A stretch of DNA of 64,000 nucleotides from Anthoceros angustus (GCA_010909165.1 VJWM01000144.1:124001-188000); one strand, 5' to 3'; positions 23,600 to 37,300 are shown, counted from the stretch's first letter. Translations and numbers: made by a program. Notes: generated from the letters alone by a model not told the origin.

Positions 23600-25871
23600 G
23601 CGATCCATCGAGCCCTAAGCACAAGGCGGGGATGCCTCGTGACAGATCTGGTTGGGTGATGGAAGGAGATCAAGATCGACATCCTTTCGCCACATGTTAA
23701 GGCCACCATCGTCCACTTTTGGGAATCCTTCCCGCCTTCATCCAACACAAAGATACCAAGCGGTTGCGAATAGCACCGAAAACGTTCATCAAACATATCA
23801 CGACTGGACATGTCATGTATGTGTGGAAGTCGACTTTGAGTTGAAGTGTTGATTGTAGGTCGTTGTTCTTCTCAAGGACGAATGTGGAAGTTTGGCTTGC
23901 TAGGTTTCAAATTTGTGTGAAGGTTGTTGCCGATCCAAGGACGTGTCTTGGGTCCTTCTAACCGCTTGTGTTTCCTTCCTCATACAACCGTAGGGTGTCT
24001 TCCTATTGGGCAACTAAGTGGTGACTCGCTATGCCGCCAAATGAGACAAATTGAACCGAGTGTGTTACATGTTTGTGTTATTGTTCCACGCCACCGGGAC
24101 CCAAGCTTGCATGTTTGACCCCAATGTCCTATGCACATATGATCCGCGACTCCATGTGGCCTCCATTGTGGGTTTGGTGTTGCTTTTACCAGGGTTTCTT
24201 AGGCTGATTAGTGTTCTTCGTGACATGTGCACGGAGTTCTACCTTCGCTCGCCAAGAACACCCGAAATACAAGTTGGGCAACGGTCATTCGAGAAGTTGA
24301 AGCCGTTCTTTGTTAAGAGCTTGCAAGAGCGCAATCTCGCTCGGTACCATGTGGAAATGGCGTTCCTTAAAGATGCCTTCAATAACCTCCGGGCAGCCTG
24401 TGGTTCACCCGTGGCTGTCATTGTTCTGCGTGTGCTCATCCTTTTGGCTCAAGAGCTTCATTGTAACGCCTCCACTTGTTTGGCTTCACCAGACACTATG
24501 TGAGCGTGTTCTTTGTGCAAAGGGTGAGGATGCCCGGCATTCCCCGCATGCTTGCTAGGAAGATCAACACGATTCTTGGTGGTTGGATATTCCTTAAGAG
24601 GGTTTTTCATATATCCTGGCGGGGTTTCACATGGGCATTGAACTGTATCTTTTGGGGTATGGGTCAATTAAAGGCGTAAAAGAAGGGTGACAATCGATGA
24701 ACCATTGATAGAAGATCATTCAACGCCCGAAGGGTTATGGTGTAAGAGTTAACCTCATTTGGGCCGATTTAAGACCCATGACAAGGCCATGCTGCAGAAT
24801 TACCGATCTTTTGAGAAAAATGAAACTAAAAAGAACGGTGATGAAACTTTGAGGATGCTGACCACCGATGGCTATCAAAGTGTTTGAGAGGATGCGCCGG
24901 CCGGATCTTTGCATGCCGACGATCCTGCGAATGGCGGATGAGCCCTTTAGTGGAGTTACAAAAGACTTTGGATTGGGTGGGGATGTGGGGATGGGCGACA
25001 GCCTCAATTGTGGTCGCAAATATATTCACATGCTCATCCCCTGCATCGCAATGAGAACTTAAAAAGGTGCAAACTAGTTGGAGCGACCACGTGGGAACAT
25101 GCTGCACGGCTCATCGTGTGCTTTTCATTATGCGATGCCGAAACATGCTGCTATGGCCACATCACATGTCCTTCTCAATGGTATGGACAAACTCTTGAAA
25201 ATTGGAAGATATTATCTATGTCAAGTCACAACTTGTGTGAGGATAGCAATAACCACAATCCTATCATGGGCGAGATACATGATGTGCACCGCATATGGAC
25301 ATTTGTCTCAGGAATGGAGCAGATAACAATGGTCCTCATGCGGCTTTTGAGGTTAGTGCGAATCACACCTCATGGAGTCTGGCCTGCATAAACACGACAA
25401 GCGGTTGACCAGCAAGTCCCTGCACTGATGATTGCTGACCATGCACTTCCAACAATTGAAGCAGCTGAGGATGATGATGTTGTTGATGTCTCAGAGATGG
25501 CAGATATCTTGGAAGTTGGAGATAACTTCCTTGTCTTGGCAGACCCTGCAGATGAAGGGCTGGATTTTTACGTGTTGACTTGCACTAAGGCTAAGCACAC
25601 GTTATTGGAGTCTCGGTATTGCCCTTGGAGTAAAAGAGAATTCCAGGCTGTGGAGGAGGTGGTTGTTGGACAATACTATATGTTGGAAAAGCATTTGCCC
25701 GAGTCTGTGTATAGCTTGCCTTGGGATCTGGAGGAATGCTATTTGCCACCAAATTGTTCGACATGCAAGTTCACAATGGCACCACATGGGCACGATGGAG
25801 AAGTCCAGCTATATAGGCTAACCACCGAAGCCCAGGAACAAGTCACTGCCTATGTCTATGAAAGCAACTGA
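23600..25871 (+). mobile_element. Degenerate DNA-transposase-like coding remnant (possibly Sola-like)
   Basis: Fragments such as HVKATIVHFWES...KRLRIAPKTF and EFYLR..PEIQVGQRSFEKLKPFFVKSLQERN..YHVEM resemble plant transposase-like proteins as I recall them; ORF 25428-25871 is a likely C-terminal domain. Catalytic core not recognisable; family assignment unverified. Confidence 0.45.
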
Positions 25872-26285
25872 GGAAGGTGAGTACTCTTACCAGGGAAGCT
25901 ATAGTTCTGGTGGTTCATGATCAATCTGTGGTCTTGAGATGAGCACAACCTGATTCGATCAACACACTGTACTGCGTGCAGGAGAACGAATTAATGCAAG
26001 CTGTCGTGCCCCGATGTTGCTATTTTCACATTGTTCCGGGGGCTGCGTTTATCAGATCTACTATGTTGTCACACTGTTTCTGGGTGCTGAGTTTACTAGA
26101 CTATGTTGTCACACTATACAGGCTTTGCAAGGCTGTGCAGCCGTTTCACAAAATGTTTTTGGCTCTGAAGACTTGTGACCCAAATTCTGGTGCTATAACG
26201 CTGCTGTCGTTTTGCTGATATCTGTTTCGCTGCCCTAATAGATGTGCGGTCGGGAGTGGGAGCTCAAGTTTGATAAAACTCAGCT

Positions 26286-26716
26286 GGGTATGTGGGTATG
26301 TGGGTATGTGGGTATGTGGGTATGTGGGTATGTGGGTATGTGGGTATGTGGGGATGTGGGGATGTCGGTATGTGGGTATGTGGGTATGTGGGTATGGGGA
26401 TGGGGATGGGGATGTGGATGTGGGGATGGGGATGATGTGGATGTGGGGATGATGGGGATGATGGGGATGTGGGGGATGTGGATGTGGGGATGATGGGGAT
26501 GTGGATGTGGGGAGGATGTGGGGAGGATGTGGATGGGGGATGGGGATGTGGGGATGTGGGGATGTGGGGATGGGGATGGGGATGGGGGATGGGGATGTGG
26601 ATGTGGATGTGGGGGATGTGGGGATGTGGATGTGGGGATGTGGATGTGGGGATGTGGGGATGTGGGTGGGGATGTGGATGTGGGGATGTGGGGATGTGGA
26701 TGTGGATGTGGGGATG
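26286..26716. repeat. G-rich strand-biased satellite: (GGGTATGT)n grading into GGGGATGT/GGATGT variants
   Basis: Directly visible; the + strand has almost no C. Confidence 0.95.
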
Positions 26717-28012
26717 GTTAGGTTACTTTCCGTCGCCCGCTTGTTAGGTTACTCCCGAGACGTGCCGCTTTCTCACAATCCTTCTTACCGGCTTATTTTG
26801 ACGGGACAGGTCTGGTTAGTGCGGTGCGGCGTTGTTAGTGCGGTGTTGCGGGACAGGGACTCTTCATTCACACTGGGGGCCAGGGGCGTGGAGGGTCCAT
26901 GGCAAACCAAACTTCTGGGAGTTCGGAGGGAGACGCGGTGGCCGCCAGAAGTGTCTACTCACCTTCCGCCTGCATCAAGACGTTGAATGTGAGGAGGATG
27001 CTTGGGATTCGCCCACGCTTGTGCTTGATGAGGATAACGCAATGGCTCAAGGAGGCACGGGCAGTGCATGTTGTGATTCCGCTCCGGTTGGAATGTCAAG
27101 CTTGTATCCTTTGGATCTTTCAAGCATCCGAGGACTTGGGAGTTGGGGTATCTCATGGATCGTAGGAATGCTAATGAAGGCACGTTAGAATTTGCTGCGA
27201 GGTCGTCACGGGGGATCCGAGCATGCTTGAGGCCGGTGGGTGTCGGACGCATAAGCACACCAATGTGCAAATTCAAGTTGGAGCATGACATTCAAGGTTA
27301 CTAGCTTCGAGCGTTCAAGGTGCAAAAGGAGTTCTGGACAAAATTCAAACATTGGTGCAGATCCGCTAAACTGAGACAATGTCCTGAGGAGGCTGGTGAC
27401 TTGGCGCAACCTCGACCAGCAAGAGGTTGATTGTCCACATGTTGAAGGTTCTAACGGCAATAACAAATAGGTTTGAAAACCGAAGAGGGCGTGGTGGTAA
27501 GCGATACCCCCGTGGTTTCAAGTTCATGTGTTGTCCTTGAAGACAGCCGCAACACTGCTTGCTGAGAAGTTGTAGTGGGCTATAGCAAGCATGAAGCAGG
27601 CGTTAAGAACTTTGTGGATGTGTTTCAGACATTGCTTCCTGCAGCTTACTGTTCAGTCGGCTTGATTGTTGTGAAATTCTTTATCTCCGGGTAAATGGCC
27701 CTAGTTTTCCCATTTTCAATCATTGCAAACAAAGCAGACTCCATGCACTCTTTGTCATGTCGGGCTCTTGGTCACGTTGGCCTCAAATCCTGCTGGTTCT
27801 ACCCTGTCGAAAGGATCGAGGTCGAATTTTCAAAATCTATCCCCAGTGATTGGCCATCTAGGCCTTGCTTTCCTTATACCTGGGCATGTTTCAGCGAAAG
27901 TAATCATGTCACCCACCCTTCGGTGGCCTTATGCACACGAGTGGCCTCCGATTGGCAATTTAAAGCCGGCAAGCACTTCAGAGACCACGCAAGCTAGCCC
28001 GCCTTTGTCCTT

Positions 28013-28088
28013 TGTGGATGTGGGGATGATGTGGGGATGATGTGGATGTGGGAGGATGTGGGAGGATGTGGGGATGTGGGGGAGGGGA
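28013..28088. repeat. Short copy of the same G-rich satellite
   Basis: GTGGATGTGGGGATGATGTGGGG...GGGAGGATGT. Confidence 0.8.
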
Positions 28089-29066
28089 CATGGAATCTTC
28101 AAGCGGATTAGGCAAGCTGGCCCAGGCACCCTCTTCCGGAGGTGAGTATCACCATTTGTCAATGATGAAAGTCACTAGTCACCTTGGCCGCACACTACTT
28201 GCATCGAATGGAACGGGCCAAGGCACGCAAGCGCCATCGGAAGAAGGTCCGAGATCGGTGTGGCCCCATATGCCAAGCCTTCCACGCCGCCGTGCACGCC
28301 GCATCATGGAGGTGGTCGGGTTGACGGCGAAGGCACCGATCCGCATGCTTCGGCGGGGACTCAAGCGAGGAGGACACTGGCGATGTGATAGATTGAGGGC
28401 GCCACCCGAACTAGTTCCTTCCGTCCTGGCTGGCTCTGCACATCCACGACACTAGATAGGTTGTGTGACAATGGGTGGATGGCGGAGCAGATCCCTTGAT
28501 GCTTGTTTTGTGGCATTGTACATTACAACAGCTTTGGGCCACGAGGGTGGCATGTGAAATCGGTGGTGTGGCATATTTTGGATCTTTGGTTTCATGTTAG
28601 TTCAAGAGCTCATTTTGTTGTGTGTTCATCCCACAAAATGTCTACATGGCCGTGTGTCATTAAACTAATCTGTGTCATTGGAATTGTATATGTGTCCGCA
28701 CGAGCATTGAATCGGATCGCTCGAGGCATTGTTTCGTAGACCATCCGAGGCCCTCTTTTCTCAAGTGTGTGGGTTTGCTCGTAATTGAGCAATTACAACC
28801 GGTAGCTTCCTCCCAACGTTGCTATGAACTACAAACGGAGAATTGCTTCACAGGACCCACAAAAACCAGGTGCATTCTCCCACAAGTAACATGATTGTCA
28901 AAAGTGCAAGGATTCACATCTATGCCAATTATGGATGCTTGCACATTAATACTGTCCATCCACAGCATCCTACACATGTCTACAAGCCTTGACAAAAAAG
29001 TGACCACCAGGGACTAAGAACAAAGCAAGCCCATGTATATTTTGCAGCAGGACCCCTCCCTTTACG

Positions 29067-29480
29067 CTATGTCGCCACAACTTGATCCAACCATGTTCTA
29101 TATCCAGCAGAGAGCCAGTAAAGCTGCGGAGTGTTCTTGTTCTTCTCATTGGCCCTGGGAATAGCTACCATTGGAAACTTTGTGGTCAGGACAGTCTCAG
29201 CTTCAAGCATTATTGGGTCACCACGTGGCCCTGAATCCAGTAGCTGGTAGGCACTTTTGTCAGTAGGCACCGGCTCATAGTAGTAACCTTTCACAACCTT
29301 TTCACCGCCGCAAAATCTCACCACCCCACTGGATCTTCGCAATACCACGTGACCATGGGCTGTGCAACGCAATACATACCAGAACTTTCTCTTTATTACC
29401 GTGCCTCGAACGCACCATGAAGTTATCTCCGCACAGGGACTGACCAAATTCCAAACCCGCCGGTTGTTCCACCATGGCAC
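29067..29480 (-). CDS. Uncharacterised domain, homologous to ORF 25428-25871 (probably transposon-associated)
   Basis: Collinear motif pairs with the + strand ORF: WYVLRCT/FYVLTCT, GEKVVKGYYY/VEEVVVGQYY, KFPM/KFTM, LYWL/LYRL. Confidence 0.45.
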   Translation of the reverse strand: MPWWNNRRVWNLVSPCAEITSWCVRGTVIKRKFWYVLRCTAHGHVVLRRSSGVVRFCGGEKVVKGYYYEPVPTDKSAYQLLDSGPRGDPIMLEAETVLTTKFPMVAIPRANEKNKNTPQLYWLSAGYRTWLDQVVAT

Positions 29481-29962
29481 TTTGTGAAGCTTTCTTGGGA
29501 CGCCTGGTCTCTCCGGACTTGAGGCACCCTTCCGCTTTCAAAGTTCTGAGTCTGCCCTTGCCTTTTCTACGCAAAGATCGACGTCCCACCGATACCTCCA
29601 CCACTTCGTACCGATGCTCGAAGTGGCGATTTCTCCGCATCCTTATGAATGACAATAGCCACTTCATCGGTGGCCTGACACATAGTGGCCGCTTCACCAG
29701 CAGTAGAATCGGCCATTGGAACACCAGCACAAGTGGCCACATCCATACCACCGCAGCCACCGCCATAGTGGTCACGCCCTCCCCATCCTTGCCGGGCACC
29801 TCCACCTCATCTTCCGCCCAGATCCGTGGTCACTTCCACACGACGGCACAAGTTCTAGGCGTGTTCGCACAAGTTGTGTGTCATTCTTGATGCCCGTAGT
29901 TTCATCATCATGCACAAGGTGGGTGTCCACCGCACGACCTCGAGTCTCGGTGTAGAAAACCC

Positions 29963-30033
29963 GGTATCCTCTTCCACCGCCTGGTATCCTCTTCCGCTCG
30001 GTATCCTCTTCCACCGGGTATCCTCTTCCACCG
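29963..30033. repeat. Four tandem copies of GGTATCCTCTTCC(ACC)
   Basis: Copies at about 29963, 29983, 30000 and 30017. Confidence 0.85.
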
Positions 30034-32592
30034 CTGCATTGCGATCTTCAACACACCGAGTTGTAGGTCGGCCTTGTTGAGCCGAACACACATGGGTGCC
30101 CACCTTGTGGCACCACCAATCACCCATGTCGGTGAGTGGAATCAAAACTGGGGCCAAACAAAGAAGTCGCCACGTGAGAGGCATCTCGTGATCAACCAAA
30201 GGAGCCAACCCCAAACATGACATCGCTGGATCGCCACATGAGTGGGCCAAATACCGCGCCACACCGCACTGTAGTACGTGCCTCACCAGACTCAATCCTG
30301 GTTTGAGACTGGGACCACCAGATCCGCGATTCCATGACATAGTTGTGCATTGGCCAACAGGGGCGACCGAATCGGGCCGCTGGGATAGGTGGCCGCCCAC
30401 GTGGTGGTGTGATCAACGCCCAAGACCGCCAAGCGAGGAAAGCAGCCTACTATATGTGCCTAGGGACAAGGTAATTGTTGTTAGCACAAAGGTCTCAGAT
30501 ATAGCTTTTCCATGCAAAGCAACAACCTTAGAGCACTACTAACTGTGAGACTCATGAACCGCCTTCTTATGTGAGTCACCGGGGCACTATCCTGCAGCAC
30601 CCCCAACAATTCTTCCAAACGGTGCTCCATGATGTGGAATTCTGCAGCCATGATAATGCTCGCCCACTGCTCTCGGGTCACGCCCTGTGCATCCGTTGAC
30701 TCCACTAGTGAATGGCCAACCTTGGCCTGCCACCGCGGCCGGACTTGAAGAGAACAAGCGATTGGGGCAGTCACCCCGACCAAAGATGTGTTGGTAGAGG
30801 CATACATCGAAAACAAGGCCCACAAGGGAGGAAAACAAAGTCATAGCATCCGAATCCCTACATAGCACCACAAAACCAATTGCGCTTAGATGCATGGGAA
30901 TGATCTCAAGACACAAAACAAGGCATGCATACTACGTATACACTGTGCATACGCAGACTTCGTGATCCGGACGTGAAAGTCGCGGCCTCGTCTGGGGCCT
31001 CGACGCGCTCATTTGATTTATTTTCGGGGGGCACGGGATAAATTCTAGAGAGATTTGACCTACTGGTCATTCTTTACTGAATTCAGTAAAATTTATTACA
31101 AGTGAGTAAAATACAATGCCACGTGAAGTAAAAATAATCCACCCTCTATGTTGAAACCATAACAATAAGGTAGAAAAAAATAGCCACCAAGTGAAAACCA
31201 GGTACATCTAGATAGAAGCTCATTCTAGACATCTCACCATATTGCTAAATCTGGCAGGTAAAACATATCCAGTTAAATACAATTCATGCGGATCCAGGAT
31301 ATACAAAAAACCAACAAAGAATCCTTTTCTTTGCAGAGTTTCCTGTATATCAAGGTGGCATATAAAAAATTAAATAATGTAGAGTAAATACCAGATAAGA
31401 CTGATCCCTTCCACTGCCTCAACAGCCTGCATAAACAACATAAATTAAGAATTCAGAGGCATATTGATAACAGTAAGAAAAAAAATCCAGATACTTATAT
31501 ACAAGGCGATAAATACAAGGCAACTTAATAAACACAATACTAACGATGACTTGTTTGTGTATCCAGAAACGCGGTAGCTACAAAAAAAAGAATAACGCCG
31601 ACTGGCAATGAACATCGTGAACAAGGCAACTGCAAACTCCCGCAAATAGTTGAAGACTAAACATTTAACAACTGCAAATGTGAGCGTAACAAAGCTGGCC
31701 TTTCGAGACTCGATGTTCGATGGCAACTAACCTTGATTCCGTTATATTGGTTTCAAAAAGTATAGAACAAAGACAACATGCAGAAGACGAGGCGAAGCGA
31801 CTTCAGCATGAGGCCCGACTTACCTTATTGGCGGAAATAAACCCGAGCGCACATACACAAAACCCGACAGCGGCAGCGGCGCGGCGAAGCGAACATGCAC
31901 ATAACATACCAGAAAGCAAACTCAACAAACTGCCAAGAAACGCAACAACAGATAAACTACATAACCACGACAAGCGGCGTATAAGCGCAACATGTAGGCC
32001 AAGCGAGATCGGGCAAGCCAAAGCGGACCAAGACAGCGACAAAACAAAGCGACCATCGACCTTTTTGAGCAACCTTAAACAACGGAAGCGAACAACCTTG
32101 GCCTTTGGAGGCGAAAACCTTAGCTTTCGAAACAACAACTTACCGTCACAACAACAGCAGAACTCGAGAGAGCTTAAAACTTAAGAGCTACTAAAGAGCT
32201 ACACAACACCTCGGACTTCGGACATGCTGAAGCCTTGGACTACAAGCAAACAAGTAGCTACGAAAAGACCTCGGCCCTCGGGCTAACCCTGGAAACCACC
32301 TTAAACCAAAACTAACATAAACAAACCAGCATCAACAATGGCCTGGAGGAAAAGAGGCATGCACAAGACATACCTGAACACCAACTCAGCAGTACGCCAT
32401 ACCGACAGATCAAACTTGGCACAAGCGACAAAAGCGCCTGGCGATGTAGCGCGAGCGGAGAAAAGCGCCACACAGACCAAGAAACTCACAAAACAAACAG
32501 GATCGGCCTTTAAGCTGAGCAAACCTTGGACTACGGAAGCAAACAACATTGGCCTTCGGAGGCGAACAACCTTCTTCGAAGCCACAACACGA

Positions 32593-34372
32593 TAATATTT
32601 GAAGCGGTGAATATAAGCCGCCGTAAACCCCGGACCAATTTGATTCCTATGTCCCAAAACCCATGATTCTTAATGTTCTCGGTTTACGCATTTGGGTCTT
32701 GTTACTGCCTCGTCGCGGTTTGGTCCGTTTGGACAAAATTTTGCCTCGGTATGGTGCAGGTGCATGTGTGTGCGTAGGCATGCGCCCAAAGAAACTCAAC
32801 TTAACTAATATAAAAACTATAATTGGATCTCGAACTCGCGATCTATGATTCTTAGCCAAGTTTTTTACCACTTTACCAACTTTAGGAGACAACAAAATTT
32901 TATGATATGCAAATAACATATATCAATGAAGGTGCCAATATGCTAGCACCCTATGCTCTTATGCTCCTCCATAGGCGCATGCATGGCCCTTAAATAGGTT
33001 TTCTATGAGCGCGGTGCTGCGCATTAACACTAGGGCTTACAACCACTTGTCCCGCACCCATGCACATTATGACTTACATATATTAGGCCACGCGCTTGCT
33101 TGCGCAAGAGAATGAGAAAAACACACCACCTTTCACACTTCCGATCACGACGCAGCCTTGGTCGCTCACAAAGATGGTGTCCAACATACAAAAACGTATT
33201 CAATTGCTATGACCTCAGAGAAAGATAGTCGCCTACACGAGCTCGAGAATAGGGAAGAAACTTGGCCGTGTCATGTCTCTCTTCTCCATTCCGATTCAAG
33301 TGAAATTTGAGATCATGAATATTAGGGCATGGGTAATTTCAAACGGCGTGCTTAGAAAACCTTTGAAATTTAAAAATAATTTCCATGATTTTGAGTTCAA
33401 GTATACAAATTATTAGAATAAGGGAATTTAAACCAAACCAATCACTTTTACAACACATACTATGCTCTCATTTCGATACATATATTACCTATTCCCTACA
33501 CAACATGAAAAGTTCACCTTCAAAGGGCGCCGGCATGCCGGCGCCCTAGAAGAAGACTTGAACTCAAGACCTCTTATTTCCAACTTTCAAGGCTTACCAC
33601 TCCATTAACTTTCCCATATACAAATATTGAGGCACAAAGTATATGTTGAAATGAGGGCGCCGGCATGCCGGCGCCCTCATGCCCTCATTTTTCTTCTTCT
33701 TCTTCATCATGCCCTTATGCTCCCCATGCTCCTTGTTTTGATAGCCACCGAGAAGCCATCACGGTTCGTGGTTTCTTAGCCACTAGCCTAGGGTGTCTAA
33801 CCGATGTTGAGCGGTCAGGAGAAGCCATTACGGTTCGTAGTTTCAGAAGGAAAGTGTTTGTTGGACGTCCGGTCATTGCCAAAGGCCATGAATCTTGGCG
33901 CCGCATGCCGCGCCCAATGCACGTAACCTTTGAGCATGACTTGGCGCCGCATGCCGGCCTAGGTGTGTCACTTACGGCGTGTTTAGGGTCTTCACGCCCT
34001 CGGGCTGTTGTACATAATGACATCGACCGTGTCCGGATTGGATGTATAGCACGCATATAGAAATAGCCGTATGCATTCCCTTGATCTTTCTTTGCGAGAT
34101 GGTCGCCCATGTTCATTTAATCGTTGTTTAACGAATGGCATGCACTAACGACATGGGCATCATTTCCATTGAAAACAATGGTACATGTAGGTCAAATCCT
34201 TCGCTCACCATTGTAAGCCGCTAAAATATATAAAATTCTCTCGACACCCTAATTGTGTGCCTTCTTCTGCAGGGTATGCTCAAATACACATTTCAATGCC
34301 CATCGAAAACCCCGTTTCGCATATATTCACGTCAAAAGCCGCTTGATGTATATTCAGCCGCTTCAAATATTA
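32593..34372. mobile_element. About 1.78-kb non-autonomous TIR DNA element
   Basis: Left end TAATATTTGAAGCGGTGAATATA (32593-32615); inverted copy at 34349-34372 with one extra base, and perfect 23-bp inverted copies in the duplicated ends at 36452-36474 and 38185-38207. Contains internal GC palindromes and no convincing ORF. Confidence 0.7.
33524..33680. repeat. Two perfect GC palindromes (24 bp and 30 bp)
   Basis: AGGGCGCCGGCATGCCGGCGCCCT at 33524-33547; ATGAGGGCGCCGGCATGCCGGCGCCCTCAT at 33651-33680. Degenerate copies near 33897, 33943, 35786, 36016, 36060 and 61407. Confidence 0.92.
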
Positions 34373-37300
34373 TGCTGTTCCATAAAGGCTCTTCCTCAAC
34401 CTGCACACCAGATGCTCTTTGCCCTTCTCAACAAAACCTTCTGGTTGCTGCATGTAGACGTCCTCTTGAAGGTCACCATGCAAGAATGCCGTCTTGACAT
34501 CCATCCGCATAAGTTCCATATCATTCCACAGCAACCAAAGCAAGAACACATCGCAAAGTTGTCATTTTGACTCGGTGAGAAAATCTCATCAAAGTCAATG
34601 CACAGTTGTTGCTTGAAACCCTTAGCAACCAATCGTGCCTTGTACTTTGGTTGCCATCAAGCGGTATGACCTTCATCTTGTACACCCATTTGCATGGTAG
34701 TGCCTTCTTATCCTAGGCAACCAACTCCCAAGTTTGGTTCTTATGCAATAATTCATTTCGATCGCATGGCCTTCTCCCACTTCTCTTTGTTACTCATTGA
34801 CATGGCCTCTTTGTAAGAAGAGGGTTCCCCACAATCTGTCGATAACATAATCCAGATGGATCATACATCGAGGTCGTGTAATCTGCACGACCTCTGACCG
34901 AACCTCCTCTATAGGTGCTTGTTCGACTCTTGGTTCATCTACGGTGGAGGAATGTGCTCGCACATTACCACGGTATCAACCCGCCCATGATGATCATGTC
35001 CATCTTCTTGGAAGATCACCCTTCGCACCTCCACGCTTGGAGTAGGCTTCGCATCTTGTTCTCATTGAAGAACACGTCGTTAGTACGAACAACCTTTCTA
35101 GCCTCGGATCCCACAAACGGTATCCCATCTCACAGAATCACCATAGCCAAGAAAAATACATTTCTTGGACTTAGGTGCCAACTTGTCCCGAAACTCTTTT
35201 GGAACATGGCGGTATGCCTCATGACCAAACACTCGCAGATGCTTGTAGGATGGTTTCTTTCCGCACTATAGCTCCTCCGAACTCGCCATCAAATTTTATT
35301 AGGAGATCTGTTAATAAGATGAACTGCAGAGACATCGCCCAAAACCCATTAGGCAATCCGAGTTTGACAACAAACTACGCATCCTCTCCGAATGGTTCTG
35401 CTCATCCGCCGCCCACACCATTTTGTGGAGGAGTATACGATAATTCTTTTGATTCCCTTGGAATCACGTAATGACCGAAAGCTTTGAAACATACTCGCCA
35501 CCATTATCGTCTTAGACACTTCAATCGGTGGCGATTCTCTACAAGGGTGACAAATTTCAAACACCGTAACTTCATCCTTTTTCCTCAAAGGATAAACCCA
35601 CACCTTGCGTGAGAAATCATCTATGAAAGTGACAAAATAGGAGGCACCGCCTAATGATGCAGAGGCATAGGTCCACATACATCGTGAACCAACTCAAGAG
35701 GTTTACTCTACTTTTACCTCTTGTTCGATGTGATGATTTTGTCATTTCCCATATACAAATATTTGAGGCACAAAGTATATGTTGAATGAGGGGCATGCGG
35801 CGCCCTCATGCCTCATTTTTCTTCTTCTTCATCATGCCCTTATGCTCCCCATGCTCCTTGTTTTGATAGCCACCGAGAAGCCATCACGGTTCGTGGTTTC
35901 TTAGCCACAGCCTAGGGTGTCTAACCGATGTTGAGCAACCGAGAAGCCATTACGGTTCGTAGTTTCTCAAGGAAAGTGTTTGTTGACGTCCAGCATTGCC
36001 AAAGTTATGATCTTGGCGCCGCATGCCGCGCCCAATGCACGAGCCTTTGAGCATGACTTGGCGCATGCCGGCGCCTAGGTGTGTCACTTACGGCGTGTTT
36101 AGGGTCTTCACGCCTCTACTGTACATAATGACATCGACCGTGTCCGGATTGGATGTATAGCACGCATAGAAATAGCCGTATGCATTCCCTTCGATGTCTG
36201 CAGAGATGGTCGCCCATGTTCATTTAATCGTTGTTTAACGAATGGCATGCACTAACGACATGGGCATCATTTCCATTGAAAACAATGGTCTACCCGTAGG
36301 TCAAATCCTTCGCTCACCATTGTAAGCCGCTAAAATATATAAAATTCTCGACACCCTAATTGTGTGCCTTCTTCAGGTATGCTCAAATACACATTTCAAT
36401 GCCCATCGAAAACCCCTGCTTGCATATATTCACGTCAAAAGCCGCTTGATGTATATTCACCGCTTCAAATATTATGTTCCATAAAGGCTCTTCCTCAACT
36501 CGCATACACCGATGCTCTTTGCCCTTCTCAACAAAACCTTCCGTTGCCGCAGACGCCTCTTGAAGGTCACCATGCAAGAATGCCGTCTTGACATCCATCC
36601 GTATAAGTTCCATATCATCCGCAACCAAAGCAAGAACACATCGCAGTTGTCATTTTGACTCGTGAGAAAATCTCATCAAAGTCAATGCCTGTTGTTGCTT
36701 GAAACCCTTAGCAACCAATCGTGCCTTGTACTTTGGTTTGCCATCAAGCGGTATGACCTTCATCTTGTACACCCATTTGCATGGTAGTGCCTTCTTATCC
36801 TAGGCAACTAACCAACTCCCAAGTTTGGTTCTTATGCAATAATTCATTTCGATCGCATGGCCTTCTCCCACTTCTCTTTGTTACTCATTGACATGGCCTC
36901 TTTGTAAGAAGAGGGTTCCCCACAATCTGTCAAGATAACATAATCCAGATGGATCATACCCGTGAGGTCGTGTAATCCCGCCTCGACCACGAAGATGCAC
37001 CTCTATAGGTGCTTGTTCGACTCTTGGTTCATCGGTGGAGGAATGTGCTCGCACATTACCACTATCAACCCGCCCATGATGATCATGTCCATCTTCTTGA
37101 AGATCACCCTTCGCACCTCCACAGCTTGGAGTAGGCTTCGCATCTTGTTCTCATTGAAGAACACGCCGTTAGTACGAACAACCTTTCTAGCCTCGGATCC
37201 CACAAACGGTATCCCATCTCACCGAATCACCATAGCCAAGAAAAATACATTTCTTGGACTTAGGTGCCAACTTGTCCCGAAACTCTTTTGGAACATGGCA

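Noticed and set aside
26286-26716. Interstitial telomere
   Set aside because: Units are GGGTATGT/GGGGATGT, not TTTAGGG or TTAGGG.
26242-26986. Trp/Met/Gly/Cys-rich ORFs
   Set aside because: Translations of the G-rich satellite, which lacks stop codons.
31720-32595. ORFs 31720-32184 and 32338-32595 as genes
   Set aside because: A-rich, low complexity and no recognisable motif; cannot be supported without a search.
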